39,967 nucleotides of DNA from Chiloscyllium plagiosum (Eukaryota), in the NCBI RefSeq assembly GCF_004010195.1, contig NC_057719.1, positions 74,484,965-74,524,931 of the forward strand, in the 5' to 3' direction. Positions within the stretch are counted from its first letter, which is position 1; every line of letters starts with the position of its first letter. Position numbers and translations under genes: made by a program. Positions 11,217 to 21,627 of this stretch are shown here, one piece after another. The notes beneath the pieces are model-generated. The model was not told the DNA's origin. It searched no databases and worked only from the letters and a program-made list of their open reading frames with translations.

Positions 11217-12050
11217 CAGCAAACCTCTTATTGACCAGAATCTATGGGACCAGGGGTGTACTGATTTATCAAGAGATCCACATAATCAGTGTAAAAACAG
11301 TAAGTAATGAAATGTAATGCAGACGGTATACACATCATTGTTATACTTTATTTGCAGCATAAACCACTTAAATAATAATGCAACATTGCCTTAAATAAAC
11401 TTGACAGCAGAGAGCCGTCTCACTTGCATCCTCAACAGAGGGAAGATACAGAAGTTTTGGAGAGGGTGCAAAGAAGGTTTACCAGGATGCTGCCTGGACT
11501 GGAGGGCTTGCCTTATAAAGAGAGATTGAATAAGCTAAGACCTTTCTCTCTGGAGCGAAGGAGGAAGAGAGGAGACCTGATCGATGTATACAAGATAATG
11601 AGAGGAATGGATAGAGTCAATAGCCAGAGACTTTTCCCCAGGGCAGGATTGACTGGTACGAGGGGTCATAGTTTTCAGATATTAGGAGAAAGGTGTAGAG
11701 GGGATGTCATAGGAAGGTTCTATATGCAGAGAGTTGTGAAGGCGTTGCCAGCAGTGGTGGTGGAAGCAGAGTCATTAGGGACATTTAAGTGACTGCTGGA
11801 CATGCACATGGATAGTAGTGAGTTGAGGGGTGCGTAGGTTCAGTTATTTTATTTTACATTAGGATTAACCCTCGGCACAACATCGTGGGCCAAAGGGCCT
11901 GTTCTGTGCTGTACGTTCTATGTTCTATTACTCAGACATTGTGAAGATCAGGTTAATACAGTAGACTTTTGGTATTTCAGGGAATGGGCATTTGCCAGTT
12001 TATCAAGAGTGCCAGTTCATTTAAGGTGCTGGTTAAAGCAAAGTTTGCTG
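11217..12050. mobile_element. Tc1/mariner-pogo (Tigger-like) non-autonomous DNA transposon interrupted by a CR1
   Basis: Degenerate TIRs cagcaaacctcttattgaccag and ctggttaaagcaaagtttgctg, TA directly after the right end; tttatcaagag present near both ends. Confidence 0.5.
11437..11930 (+). mobile_element. CR1 LINE 3' fragment
   Basis: ORF 11424-11792 LERVQRRFTRMLPGL..FSLERRRKRGDLIDVYKIMRGMDRV is the CR1 ORF2 C-terminus; (GTTCTAT)n tail. Confidence 0.92.
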
Positions 12051-12271
12051 TAACAACCACTAAAGGCTTATCTTGAGTAATGAACTAGATTATTTTCGGG
12101 TGTTATTCTGTGCATTTATGTTTTTGTTTTTGAAAAATATCATGCATTCCATACCCTTGATGCCCCAGGGGTTGTGCACTAGAAATTATCAATTTGCAAA
12201 TAAGGTTGCAGATGACACCAAAATTGGAGGTGTAGTGGACAGTGAAGAAGGTTACCTCAGAGTACAATAGA

Positions 12272-13248
12272 ACCTTTACACCTCTTCCCATCCCATCTCT
12301 TGCAAAAATGCCATCCCGTATTCCCAATTCCTCCACCTCCGCCGTATCTGCTCCCAGGAGGACCAGTTCCACCACAGAACACACCAGATGGCCTCCTTCT
12401 TTAGAGACCGCAATTTCCCTTCCCACGTGGTTAAAGATGCCCCCCAANNNNNNNNNNNNNNNNNNNNNNNNNNNNNNNNNNNNNNNNNNNNNNNNNNNNN
12501 NNNNNNNNNNNNNNNNNNNNNNNNNNNNNNNNNNNNNNNNNNNNNNNNNNNNNNNNNNNNNNNNNNNNNNNNNNNNNNNNNNNNNNNNNNNNNNNNNNNN
12601 NNNNNNNNNNNNNNNNNNNNNNNNNNNNNNNNNNNNNNNNNNNNNNNNNNNNNNNNNNNNNNNNNNNNNNNNNNNNNNNNNNNNNNNNNNNNNNNNNNNN
12701 NNNNNNNNNNNNNNNNNNNNNNNNNNNNNNNNNNNNNNNNNNNNNNNNNNNNNNNNNNNNNNNNNNNNNNNNNNNNNNNNNNNNNNNNNNNNNNNNNNNN
12801 NNNNNNNNNNNNNNNNNNNNNNNNNNNNNNNNNNNNNNNNNNNNNNNNNNNNNNNNNNNNNNNNNNNNNNNNNNNNNNNNNNNNNNNNNNNNNNNNNNNN
12901 NNNNNNNNNNNNNNNNNNNNNNNNNNNNNNNNNNNNNNNNNNNNNNNNNNNNNNNNNNNNNNNNNNNNNNNNNNNNNNNNNNNNNNNNNNNNNNNNNNNN
13001 NNNNNNNNNNNNNNNNNNNNNNNNNNNNNNNNNNNNNNNNNNNNNNNNNNNNNNNNNNNNNNNNNNNNCCCCACCCTCCCCTAGCTTATCTCTCCACGCT
13101 TCAGGCTCACTGCCTTTATTCCTGATGAAGGGCTTTTGCCCGAAACGTCGATTTCGCTGCTCGTTGGATGCTGCCTGAATTGCTGTGCTCTTCCAGCACC
13201 ACTGATCCAGAATCTGGTTTCCAGCATCTGCAGTTATTGTTTTTACCT
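12272..13248 (+). mobile_element. Penelope-like element (RT C-terminal linker to pLTR; middle is in the gap)
   Basis: YTSSHPISCKNAIPYSQFLHLRRICS..MASFFRDRNFPS is a PLE RT thumb/linker motif; 3' pLTR with hammerhead core. Confidence 0.88.
13122..13149 (+). ncRNA. Minimal type I hammerhead ribozyme core (PLE-associated)
   Basis: CTGATGA-A-GGGC-TTTT-GCCC-GAAAC-GTC: both catalytic boxes, 4-bp helix II, palindromic ACGT helix III. Confidence 0.8.
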
Positions 13249-14224
13249 CCTTGATCAGATGAGCCAATGGGTCGAGGAGTAGCAGATGGAGTCTAATTTA
13301 CATAAACGTGAGGCATTCAATTTTGATAAGGCAGATCAAAGCAGGATTTATACTCTTAATGGTAAAATCCTGGGGAATGTTGCCAAACAAAAAGACCTTG
13401 GGGCACAGGTTCATAGTTCCTTGAAGGTGAAGTCATGAGTAGACAGGATAGTGAAGAAGGTGTTTGATACACTTGTCTTTATTGGTCAGTGCATTAAGTA
13501 GAAGAATTGGGATGTCACGTTGCGGCTGTAGAAGATATTAGTTAGGCCACTTGTGGAATACTGCATTCAATTCTGGTCTCCCTTCTGCTATAGGAAAAAT
13601 ATTGTTATACTTGAATGGGTTCAGAAAAGATTTACAAGGATGCTTCCAGCGTTGGAGGGTTTGAGCTATAGCGAGAGGCTGAGGCTATTTTCCCTGGAGC
13701 GTCAGAGGCTGAGAGGTGACCTTACAGAGGATAATAAAACCATGAGGGGTATGGATAGGGTGAATAGCCAAGGTCTTTTTCCTAAAGTGGGGGAGTCCAA
13801 ACTGAAGAGCATAAGTTTAAGGTGAGAGGGGAAAGATTTAAAAGGAACCTAGGGGGCAACATTTTTCACGCAGAGGGTGGTGCATGTATGGAATGAGCTG
13901 CCAGAGGAAGTGGTGGAGGCTGGTACAATTGCAACATTTAAAAGGCACCTGGGTGGGTATATGAATAGGAAGGGTTTGGAGGGATATGGGCTAAATACTG
14001 GCAAATGGAACTAGATTATTTTAAGATGTCCGGTCAGCACGGAGAAGTTAGACTGAAGGATCTGTTTCTGTGCTGTACAACCCGATGACTCAATGAAAGA
14101 TTAACCTTTCCTACAGTCAAAAGGGTTGGACAGGGAGTCAACTCTTATCTTTTCAGGTGTTCGGGTCAAAAGCAGAATCCTGGGAATGTGTAGCCAAGGA
14201 CCAAAGAAAGAATGATTTGAAACA

Positions 14225-14530
14225 CAACATTATTTAAGAGCAAAACGTTTTGCAAGCCTCTGGAGGACTTATCAATTGTAGTCACTGTTGTGACAGTCAA
14301 TTTGAGCAAGATCCCAAAAACGCCATGAAATAATGCATTGGAAAGACTGTTTTGAGGTTTTAATTAAGGAATGGATGTTGGACAGAGCAACAAAAGAACC
14401 ATCCTGCTATTTTATCTTCTATGTCCACCCAGTTTAAGGTCTGAACTGAAAGGCAGTACCTTTGACAGTGCAGCACTTCCTCAATATACTGCTTTTGTGT
14501 AACAGTTTAAGTTTCATGCTCAGAGGTTGG
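14225..14530 (-). mobile_element. DeuSINE (SacSINE1-like)
   Basis: tgtagtcactgttgt..gcaagatccca..gaaaggcagtacctttgacagtgcagcacttcctca is the reverse of the Deu-domain/tail. Confidence 0.65.
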
Positions 14531-14739
14531 GTTGACCAAATTCAGAGGCAGAAGTGCTGTTGAACCACAAGCAGAGATTGCCGAGCGGGCATTAAACATT
14601 GGAAAATCACATAAACAGGTTTGCATGTGCAAATTCATTGAGATTGGCATTCAAAAGGAAACTACTTCAGTTACAACATCACGGCTTGCTGCCACCAGTC
14701 ACTAGTGTCAGGCTTCACAATGGCTAGTATTATATTCAG

Positions 14740-15010
14740 GAGTCAGTGTTGGCTCACAGTCAGAAAGCTGTTGGTTCAAGCCTCACTCCAGAGACTTTTG
14801 TACTGAGGTAATGCTGCATTTTGAAAATAGCATCAATCAGGAAAGAAGTTAATCTGCAGACCTACAGTCCCACTTGAGAGGATGAAAAAGATCTCTTTGC
14901 TTTACTTTCAGAGAAAAGAAATTCTCCTGGTGTTCTAGCCACTTCAGAATAATTCATCATCTGCTAAGTGCTATCGAAATGTAAGTGTGTTAACTGTGCA
15001 TGTGAATGAA
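14740..15010 (+). mobile_element. DeuSINE (SacSINE1-like), decayed
   Basis: gtcagaaagctgttggttcaagcctcactccagagact..gtactgaggtaatgctgca..aaaagatc..ttctcctggtgttctagcca. Confidence 0.6.
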
Positions 15011-15027
15011 GTCTGTAATCCAGTAAT

Positions 15028-15140
15028 GGGCTCTTCCAGTGCTGTGGTAATGTCTCAACCTTGGAGCCAGGAGGCCTGGCTTCAATTCCTGCCTGCTCCA
15101 GAGGTGTGTCATAGCTTGTCTAAATCAAAAGTTGATTCAG
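15028..15140 (+). mobile_element. Short tRNA-derived SINE (~110 bp family)
   Basis: gtggtaatgtc..gagccaggaggcctggcttcaattcctgcctgctccagaggtgtg; inverted copies at 18757-18862 and 36047-36107. Confidence 0.6.
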
Positions 15141-15403
15141 GGAACTATGTCATCCAACTGTATAGGATCCTATAATTTAAAATAGAACTTGCCCAGCGGA
15201 GTGATTCATGTTGCTAGATCCATCTGTGCTTCCGGTAAAGAATTCTTCCATCACTTTTCCCCTTTTTTGATTTATTATTTTCACAGGTACCGAGATACGT
15301 GAAATGTATTGCTTTTGCTTGCTATGCAGTACAACAGGATGAAGATTGAGGATAAGGACTAAATTCCATCTTTGAGATTCTGTGTTCTTCATTTATGTTT
15401 GGA

Positions 15404-15640
15404 GGGGGCATGGTGGCTCAGTGGTGAGCACTGCTGCCTCACAGCGCCAAGAATCTGGGTTCGATTCCACTGATGAGGTAGGTCAAGTGGATTGGCCATG
15501 CTAAATTGCCCATCGTGTCAGGGATGTGTAGGTTAGGTGGTTTAGCCATGGCAAATGCAGGGTTATGAGGGATGGGATACTCATCAGAGGGTTGGTGTGG
15601 ACTTGATGGGCTGCTTCCACAGTATAGGGACTTTGTGATT
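15404..15640 (+). mobile_element. HE1 SINE with internal deletion of the V-domain
   Basis: ggcatggtggctcagtggtgagcactgctgcctcacagcgcc..gggttcgattcc joined to ggattggccatgctaaattgccc. Confidence 0.85.
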
Positions 15641-15953
15641 TTTGTTCACCCAGAAATATATATTCTTGCAAGGGCTGGTTGGCTGTTTTTTTTTCAAATA
15701 TACTTTATTCATAGAAATAAATCTTTGGTACTTGTACAATTTGTCATGTCGTTCATAGATATATACATTGCATGTCTTAACATTACAAAGAACAGATTGA
15801 ATTACTCGAATTTACAGTTATCCTATTTACAGTTCCCTTTATTAACCATCCAGTCTCTTATTATTTAGCTGTGGCTTCAGCAGGACCCACCTACTGAGTG
15901 GGTGCCCTGTTATACTATAGCAAATGAACCTTTTTTAATCCCAGTGTATGGGG

Positions 15954-17147
15954 TTACCGTTGTCCATTTGACTGTCCTGTCTCTGGGGAAGCTGTCTGCA
16001 TCCCCATGGTGAGCACGAACTGCTGGACCCTCGCTGGGCTGAGGTAGCTATCCAGGCTCTCACTGTGGTCACTTACCTGCTCTGGAGTCATTGAGCCAAG
16101 GCAAGGGTCCGCACCATCCAGTTCTGTGTCTGACAATGGGACTGTCAGAGGATCGCAGCTCTCAGTTGTCTGTGGTCGTGGGGCAGTGGGTACCCCCTGG
16201 TTCTCACTGGGTGGAGGGTGGACTTCGGGGGGTCTGTTGTTTCCTGATTGGGAGGAAATGCTCTCCTCTTTATCTACGGCGCTCTGTCTCTTCTTCTGGT
16301 GGTGATGACATTCTGTGCGCCCGTCTTCCCCATCCGAAGAGCTGGCCGTCCCTCCCTCGTGCAGCTGTCTTTTCCCCCTTTGCTGGGAGGCTTTGGGAGC
16401 CTGGCTGGATTTTCTCTTCCTGTTTTTAACAGGTATTCACTCCTCTGCCTGCTTGATTACCTTCTCCTCCATTGCTTCCATCTGCCCAGCTAGAGCTAGG
16501 ATCAGCTGCTGTGTCTCTCCGCTGTCTGCCACCTCCTCCACTCCGGCCTGATCTTCTTTCTGGGTGCCACCAGACTCTGTTTCCCTGCTGTCTGGGTGCA
16601 CATTACTGGTCTTTGGGGGTCCACAGCTCGCATTGCCACCTCCAACCATCTGTGCGTAAGTGGGGCCCCCCCGTCTTGGGCAGGTCTTGTACATGTGGCC
16701 CGCCTCGCCACACAGGCTGCAGCTCTTTTCTTCCTGGCAGTCCTTGGTCAGGTGACCCTCCTGTTTGCAGTTCCTGCAGATGGTCCCCTTGCAGTCCCGC
16801 CGCCACGTGTCCCGACTTCCCACAGGTTCGGCACACTTTCGGCTGCCCTGCATATGTCAGGTAGCCTCTGTTCCCTCCAATTGCGAAGCTCGAGGGTGGG
16901 TGGAGAATGTTCCCATTGCCATCGACCCTCAGAGTCACCCTGACCTGCCGCATACTGGTCCAGATCCCAAAGGGGTCGGTCACATCGGTGGCTTCTCCCT
17001 CAACTTGGACGTACCCACAGCATCCCAGCAGTACCTTCTTAATAAACAGGATGCGATCCACCGGTGTACGACCCTCTACCTTCTTCACAGACACCCGGAC
17101 TGTGTTTCGAACCCCTGCCCAGGGCTGCGGGCAGCTGCTGAGGCCAT
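15954..17147 (-). pseudogene. Tx1-clade ORF1 (ZCCHC3-like gag-knuckle protein), frameshifted and internally deleted
   Basis: MASAAARSPGQG/VRNTVRVSV..DPFGIWT..HPPSSFAIGGNRGYLTYAGQPKV, then CRTCGKSGHVAA/DC, CRNCKQEGHLTKDC, CSLCGEAGHMYKTC, and C-terminal YLSPARVQQF with stop at 15954. Confidence 0.88.
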
Positions 17148-17177
17148 AGCTCTGAGGTTGGCTGGTCCCTAAATTGA

Positions 17178-17298
17178 GATGGAAATGTGTTGCTGGAAAA
17201 GCGCAGCAGGTCAGGCAGCATCTAGGGAACAGGAGAATCGACGTTTCGGGCATTAGCCCTTCTTCAGGAATGAGGAAAGTTGGTCCAGCAGGCTAAGT
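17178..17298 (-). mobile_element. Penelope pLTR fragment inserted in the 5'UTR of the Tx1-like element
   Basis: Flanked by tggtccct(a/g)aattga at 17163-17177 and 17299-17313; nearly identical to 39817-39933. Confidence 0.85.
17240..17267 (-). ncRNA. Minimal hammerhead ribozyme core
   Basis: Minus strand CTGAAGA-A-GGGC-TAAT-GCCC-GAAAC-GTC. Confidence 0.75.
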
Positions 17299-17433
17299 TG
17301 GTCCCTGAATTGACAAAGCCAGCATGAAGATCCACCAATAGCAGGTCAGCACAACCAAACGATCCTCCAAAGTCCAATCACGATCCAGCGATGATCTCCA
17401 CTAGCTCTGATGACTCGCAACTCGACCCCTGTC

Positions 17434-17479
17434 CTGATAAGAACAGACACTTGATCGTAGCCAAAAGGCCGAGAAGCGA
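17434..17479 (-). ncRNA. U2 snRNA 5' fragment (nt 2-52 with a 5-nt deletion); not a functional U2 gene
   Basis: Minus strand TCGCTTCTCGGCCTTTTGGCTACGATCAAGTGT-----CTGTTCTTATCAG vs vertebrate U2 ATCGCTTCTCGGCCTTTTGGCTAAGATCAAGTGTAGTATCTGTTCTTATCAG; no Sm site or 3' domain. Confidence 0.93.
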
Positions 17480-18034
17480 GGATGTGCTTCAAACCCGCAG
17501 CACTCCAGGGCTGGTTGGCTGTTAGCTCACTGTTTGTTATTTAGCTGCACCGTTCTCTAAGCCATACATGTTTGCCCCAGAACACTGCCACCAGGTGGAC
17601 GGGAGTCATTTAGCTACAGGTGAGAGACAAAACTTAATATAAACAAATATAAACAAACAGAGCCTGCACCGATTGGACAGAGCTTCATGGCCTGATACTT
17701 TGGGAATGTCCATTTGAATAAATAACTTTTGGATGCTTTGATCTGAGATTTTCAGCCTGAGGTCCAATTATCCCTTTGCTTCTGTTGGAGCTCCCTCTAT
17801 AGACTACAAAGCTCAATAACACATTGCACACTGAATAAAAGGAACTGAGCAAACCAATGCTGAGGACATTGTATAAATAACATAATTAAACATCCCAGGA
17901 GGGTTTGCAGGGGGCATTATAAAATGAAGCACAGGATCAATCATAGACTGGAACCAATAGGACCCAGTGAGAACAGGGTTCTTTGTAAATCAGGCCCTGG
18001 AGGATGAGTTCGGCACAATGTGCAGAGTGTGAAA

Positions 18035-18113
18035 GCTGGGAGTCGAGAGTTTAGTGCTGGAAAAGCACAGCAGGTCAGGCAGCATCCGAGGAGCAGGAGG
18101 ATTGACGTTTCGG
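18035..18113 (-). mobile_element. Penelope pLTR fragment
   Basis: gtgctggaaaagcacagcaggtcaggcagcatccgaggagcagg..gacgtttcggg, truncated inside the hammerhead core. Confidence 0.75.
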
Positions 18114-18756
18114 GAGTGGAGCTGGGAGACTAGCCACTGGAATCGTCATGTCTGGAGTAATGGGGGGAGACAAGAGTTTCAGCCACAGTGGAGTAAAGAG
18201 GGAACAGGACAGTCTGCCAAACCGAGGTAGAAACAAGCTGTCCTGGCGCAGAGCAGATGTGCTGTCAGAATCGTACTTCAAGGTAACAGATGCACACAGC
18301 CTGCTTCAGCCTCAGACAGCGAGTAGAAACTGAGATGGGATCGGAGGCAAGGGAAGGACCGGATGTTGGAAAAATCAGAGGGTGGTCAAAGGATTGTAGA
18401 GGTACTGAGGCAATGTTGTCTACTATCAATGTACAGGCTGCAGGGGAGTGTAATAATCAGAAATTTGCATTGCTTGAGCCAATCAGGCTGCCGAACAGCA
18501 GTGGTTCCTTTAAGATGTATACACACATTGCATGGACGTACAGTAATTTTAATAGGACCACAAAAGGCAATGAAACAGTGTGTCCATAGCAAAGGGGCCA
18601 TTAAGGGAACATCATTTAGAGATGTCAGGTGTATTGCTGTGAGAGTGAGAATAAAGACATTGCAGGTGACTCTCTGGCTATGATATCCCATAGGCTTCAG
18701 TGGTTTACAGACACACGCCATCTTCTCAAAGGCAATTAAGATGGACAATAAATCGT

Positions 18757-18862
18757 TTTCTAACCAACTGTTCAGAGATGTTATTACCCACCTCTGGAGC
18801 AGGTGGGACTTGAACCCTGTCCTCCTGGCTCAGAGATAGGGACACTACCTCTGCACCATAAT
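18757..18862 (-). mobile_element. Short tRNA-derived SINE (same family as 15028)
   Basis: ctgttcagagatgtta..cacctctggagcaggtgggacttgaaccc..cctggctcaga..gacactacc. Confidence 0.65.
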
Positions 18863-19243
18863 GCTGTACTTGCCAGTGATACTCACCCTAAGAACAATGT
18901 TAAAACTAAACTCATAATAGTGGAGGAGGCAAGGACCAAATACTTAGCCAATGTGTGAAAAATATAGTAGCAGAATGCCTTGAGACTCCAAAGACAATCT
19001 TTCTCTCTCCTTGCAAAGAAGTAATAAAGAATTGGAGGTATGTGTTGTGAAGGCCATAACTGGGCACAGTGCACACCAATCTGAAGGTTTGAGAGGGACC
19101 AAAACAATGAGAAATATAAGATGTGCTCACAATTCACTACCAGCCAGTATGGCACAGAGTCAATACTACACCTGTTATATGAGGTAACCAGTTCTTGACA
19201 CGGTTAATGTTGAAGGTGACATTCAGCTCCATCCAATATTCAT

Positions 19244-19553
19244 TTTTTTTGGACTAAAAATCTCCTGTTTATTTATTTTTTCTTTTTAACCCCCACACTA
19301 ACGCCTAAGTGCGGTAGTGCTTATTTTATCCCCAGCACCCATGGTGTGTGTGCAGGTGTGAGACACAGTGAAAGACACAAAGTGCACCAATCTTTATTCA
19401 AATTCCACCACCAAGAAGATAGGAAAACACCCGGGTGGCCAGTGACAAGCACTGCCCTTCACATCAAGGGACAGTGCTGTGTGATCAAAACAGTGAGGGG
19501 GAGGGGAGGGACTAAATCAAAACAGAGTTGGAGGGAGAAATGATGCACTCCAC
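19244..19553 (-). mobile_element. 5'-truncated Tx1-like LINE 3' end (ORF2 tip + 3'UTR + short 3' extension)
   Basis: TSD ccaatattcat (19233-19243, 19554-19564); minus strand encodes ECIISPSNSVLI*; AATAAA, stem-loops, A-rich tail, then ataaacaggagatttttagtcc and a second A tract. Confidence 0.7.
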
Positions 19554-20156
19554 CCAATATTCATGCTGATGAAGCCACATGAACATCAGTACTTAAAACA
19601 ACAAGGTACAACATTGAAGAATCCATTGCACCCAGGAGAAGAAATCTCCAGAACACAATGAGTTTTACAGCTTTCAGGACCTTGTGTTAAGACCCACTCA
19701 TATAAACCGTCAACAGCTGCAAACACTTGAACAACCAAATAGTCAGGAGTGTAAAAACCACATCATTTTATTTCTCTTTATTTTGAATTATGAAGCAAAT
19801 GGGAAAACGGTACTGCTTTCAACCAAGGGAACTGTGCACGAGATGTTATAAGTTACTGGAGTTGATTGTAAGTTGTATTGACACTTTTGTCTTCTTTGGG
19901 CAGTTTGGGAAGTTACTGGAGATTCGTCACCACTCAGGATGGGTTTGGAGCAACATTACCCAGTGACAGTCTGTTGATTGGTCTTTTACTCAGGACCAGC
20001 TGTGTGTGTCAGGACTCATCACTATGATAACTCTCCGATTGGCTCCTTGGGAGGTAACTAGCCAATGTGCTAAAAATATAGCAACAGAAAGCCTGAGACT
20101 CTAAAAAGACGATCTTTACCCCTCCTTACAGAGAAGTAATAAAGAATAGGAGGTAT

Positions 20157-21033
20157 AGTTAGTAAGTTTGCGGGTGACACCAAAATTGGAGATGTATTAG
20201 ACAGCGAAGAAGGTTATCTCAGATTACAAGGGGATCTTGATCAGATGGGCCAATGGGCTGAGGAGTGGTAGATGGAGTTTACTTTAGATAAATGTAAGGT
20301 GCTGCATTTTGGAAAGGCAAATCAGGGCAGGATTTATGCACTTAATGGTAAGGTCCTGGGGAGTGTTGCTGAACAAAGAGAGTGCAGGTTCATAGCTCCT
20401 CGAAAGTGGTGTTGCAGGTAGATAGGATAGTGAAGAAGGTGTTTGGTATGCTTTCCTTTATTGGTCAGTGCATTGAGTATAAGAGTTGGGAGGCTGTACA
20501 TGACATTGGGTAGCCCACTTTTGGAATATTGTGTGTAATTCTGGTTTCGCACCTATTGGAAGGATGTTGTGAAACTTGAAAAGGTTCAGAAAAGATTTAC
20601 AAGGATGTTGCCAGGGTTGGAGTGTTGGTTATTTCCCCTGGAGTGTTAGAGTTTGAGGGGTGACCTTGTAGAGGCTTACAAAATCATGAGGGGCATGGAT
20701 AGGATAAGTAGACAAGGTCTTTTCCCTAGGGTGGGGGAGTCAAAAACTAGAGATTTAAAGAGAGAGGGGAGAGATTTAAAAGGGACCTAAGAGGCAACTT
20801 TTTCAAATAGAGGGTGGTGCGTGTATGGAATGAGCTGCCAGAGAAAGTGAAGGCTGGAACAATTACAACATTTAAAAGGCACCTGGATGGATATATGAAT
20901 AAGAAGGATTTAGAGGGATTGGGTCAAATGCTGGCAAATGGAACTAGATTTATCCAGAATAACTGGTCAGGACAGAATGAGTTGAACCGAAGGGTCTGTT
21001 TCCATGCTGTACATCTCTATGACTCTATGATTC
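20157..21033 (+). mobile_element. CR1 (HER1-like) LINE 3' fragment
   Basis: agtaagtttgcgggtgacaccaaaattgg (SKFAxDTKIG) through the (ctctatga)n tail. Confidence 0.92.
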
Positions 21034-21598
21034 TAATTGGAAGATGGCTGTCTATTCTCAGTCACTATTTGCCTATAGTTTGCTTCATCTGAGCAGTGAC
21101 TAACAGACTGAACAATTAGTGGGCCACATGCCCTGTGTCTGTAGCAAAGAACTGAAAGGACTTGGGAAGAAAATGAAGAAGAAGATGGGAGATTAGAAGG
21201 TCTCAGAAGAAGCAAAAGGACATCTCAAAGAATTGTGTTCCCCTTTTTAAAAAGTTCCATCCATAATATCTATGGTTTTTCATTTATCTATGTCAGTCTG
21301 CATGTGTGTAGGGGTTTAAGAAGAGGTAGCTTTTAAATTAATAGGTTATAAGTTGATACTTTATATTTTGTTTGCCTCTGGTTAGAGATTGTAGTTTATA
21401 GTATTTTGTTCTATATAGAAACTTGGTCAATGTATTCTACTAACTTGAGCTTGTCAGGCAGGTAATTGGGAATTTTGAGTCATTTCATTAAATCTTTACC
21501 TGGTGTGATTTGGAGGTGCTGATGTTGGACTGGGGTGTACAAAGTTAAAAATCACACAACACCAGGTTATAGTCCAACAGGTTTATTTGGAAGCACAC

Positions 21599-21627
21599 TA
21601 GCTTTCAGAGCACCGCTCCTTCATCAG
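21599..21627 (-). ncRNA. Minimal hammerhead ribozyme core (second PLE family)
   Basis: Minus strand cac-CTGATGA-A-GGAGC-GGT-GCTCT-GAAAG-CTA-gtg; palindromic AGCT helix III; cac/gtg helix I. Confidence 0.7.

Larger units (their letters stand above)
12195..14095 (+). mobile_element. CR1 (HER1-like) LINE RT-to-3' fragment interrupted by a Penelope element
   Basis: ADDTKIGGVVDSEEGY (RT motif) at ~12200-12260; resumes ccttgatcagatg at 13249; EYCIQFWSP..VQKRFTRMLP; tail ends ~14095. Confidence 0.9.
15688..17506 (-). mobile_element. Non-autonomous Tx1/Keno-like non-LTR retroelement: U2 snRNA head + ORF1 + 3'UTR, no ORF2
   Basis: Perfect 17-bp TSD agggctggttggctgtt (15671-15687, 17507-17523); AATAAA and A tail at the 15688-15710 end; triple CCHC-knuckle ORF1; U2 5' fragment at the head. 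Confidence 0.88.

Noticed and set aside
16437..17253. Host ZCCHC3 gene
   Set aside because: Frameshifts, an internal deletion, TSDs and a poly(A) tail show it is a retroelement ORF1, not a host gene.
17434..17479. Functional U2 snRNA gene
   Set aside because: Only the 5' ~50 nt are present, the branch-point sequence is deleted, and there is no Sm site or 3' stem-loops.
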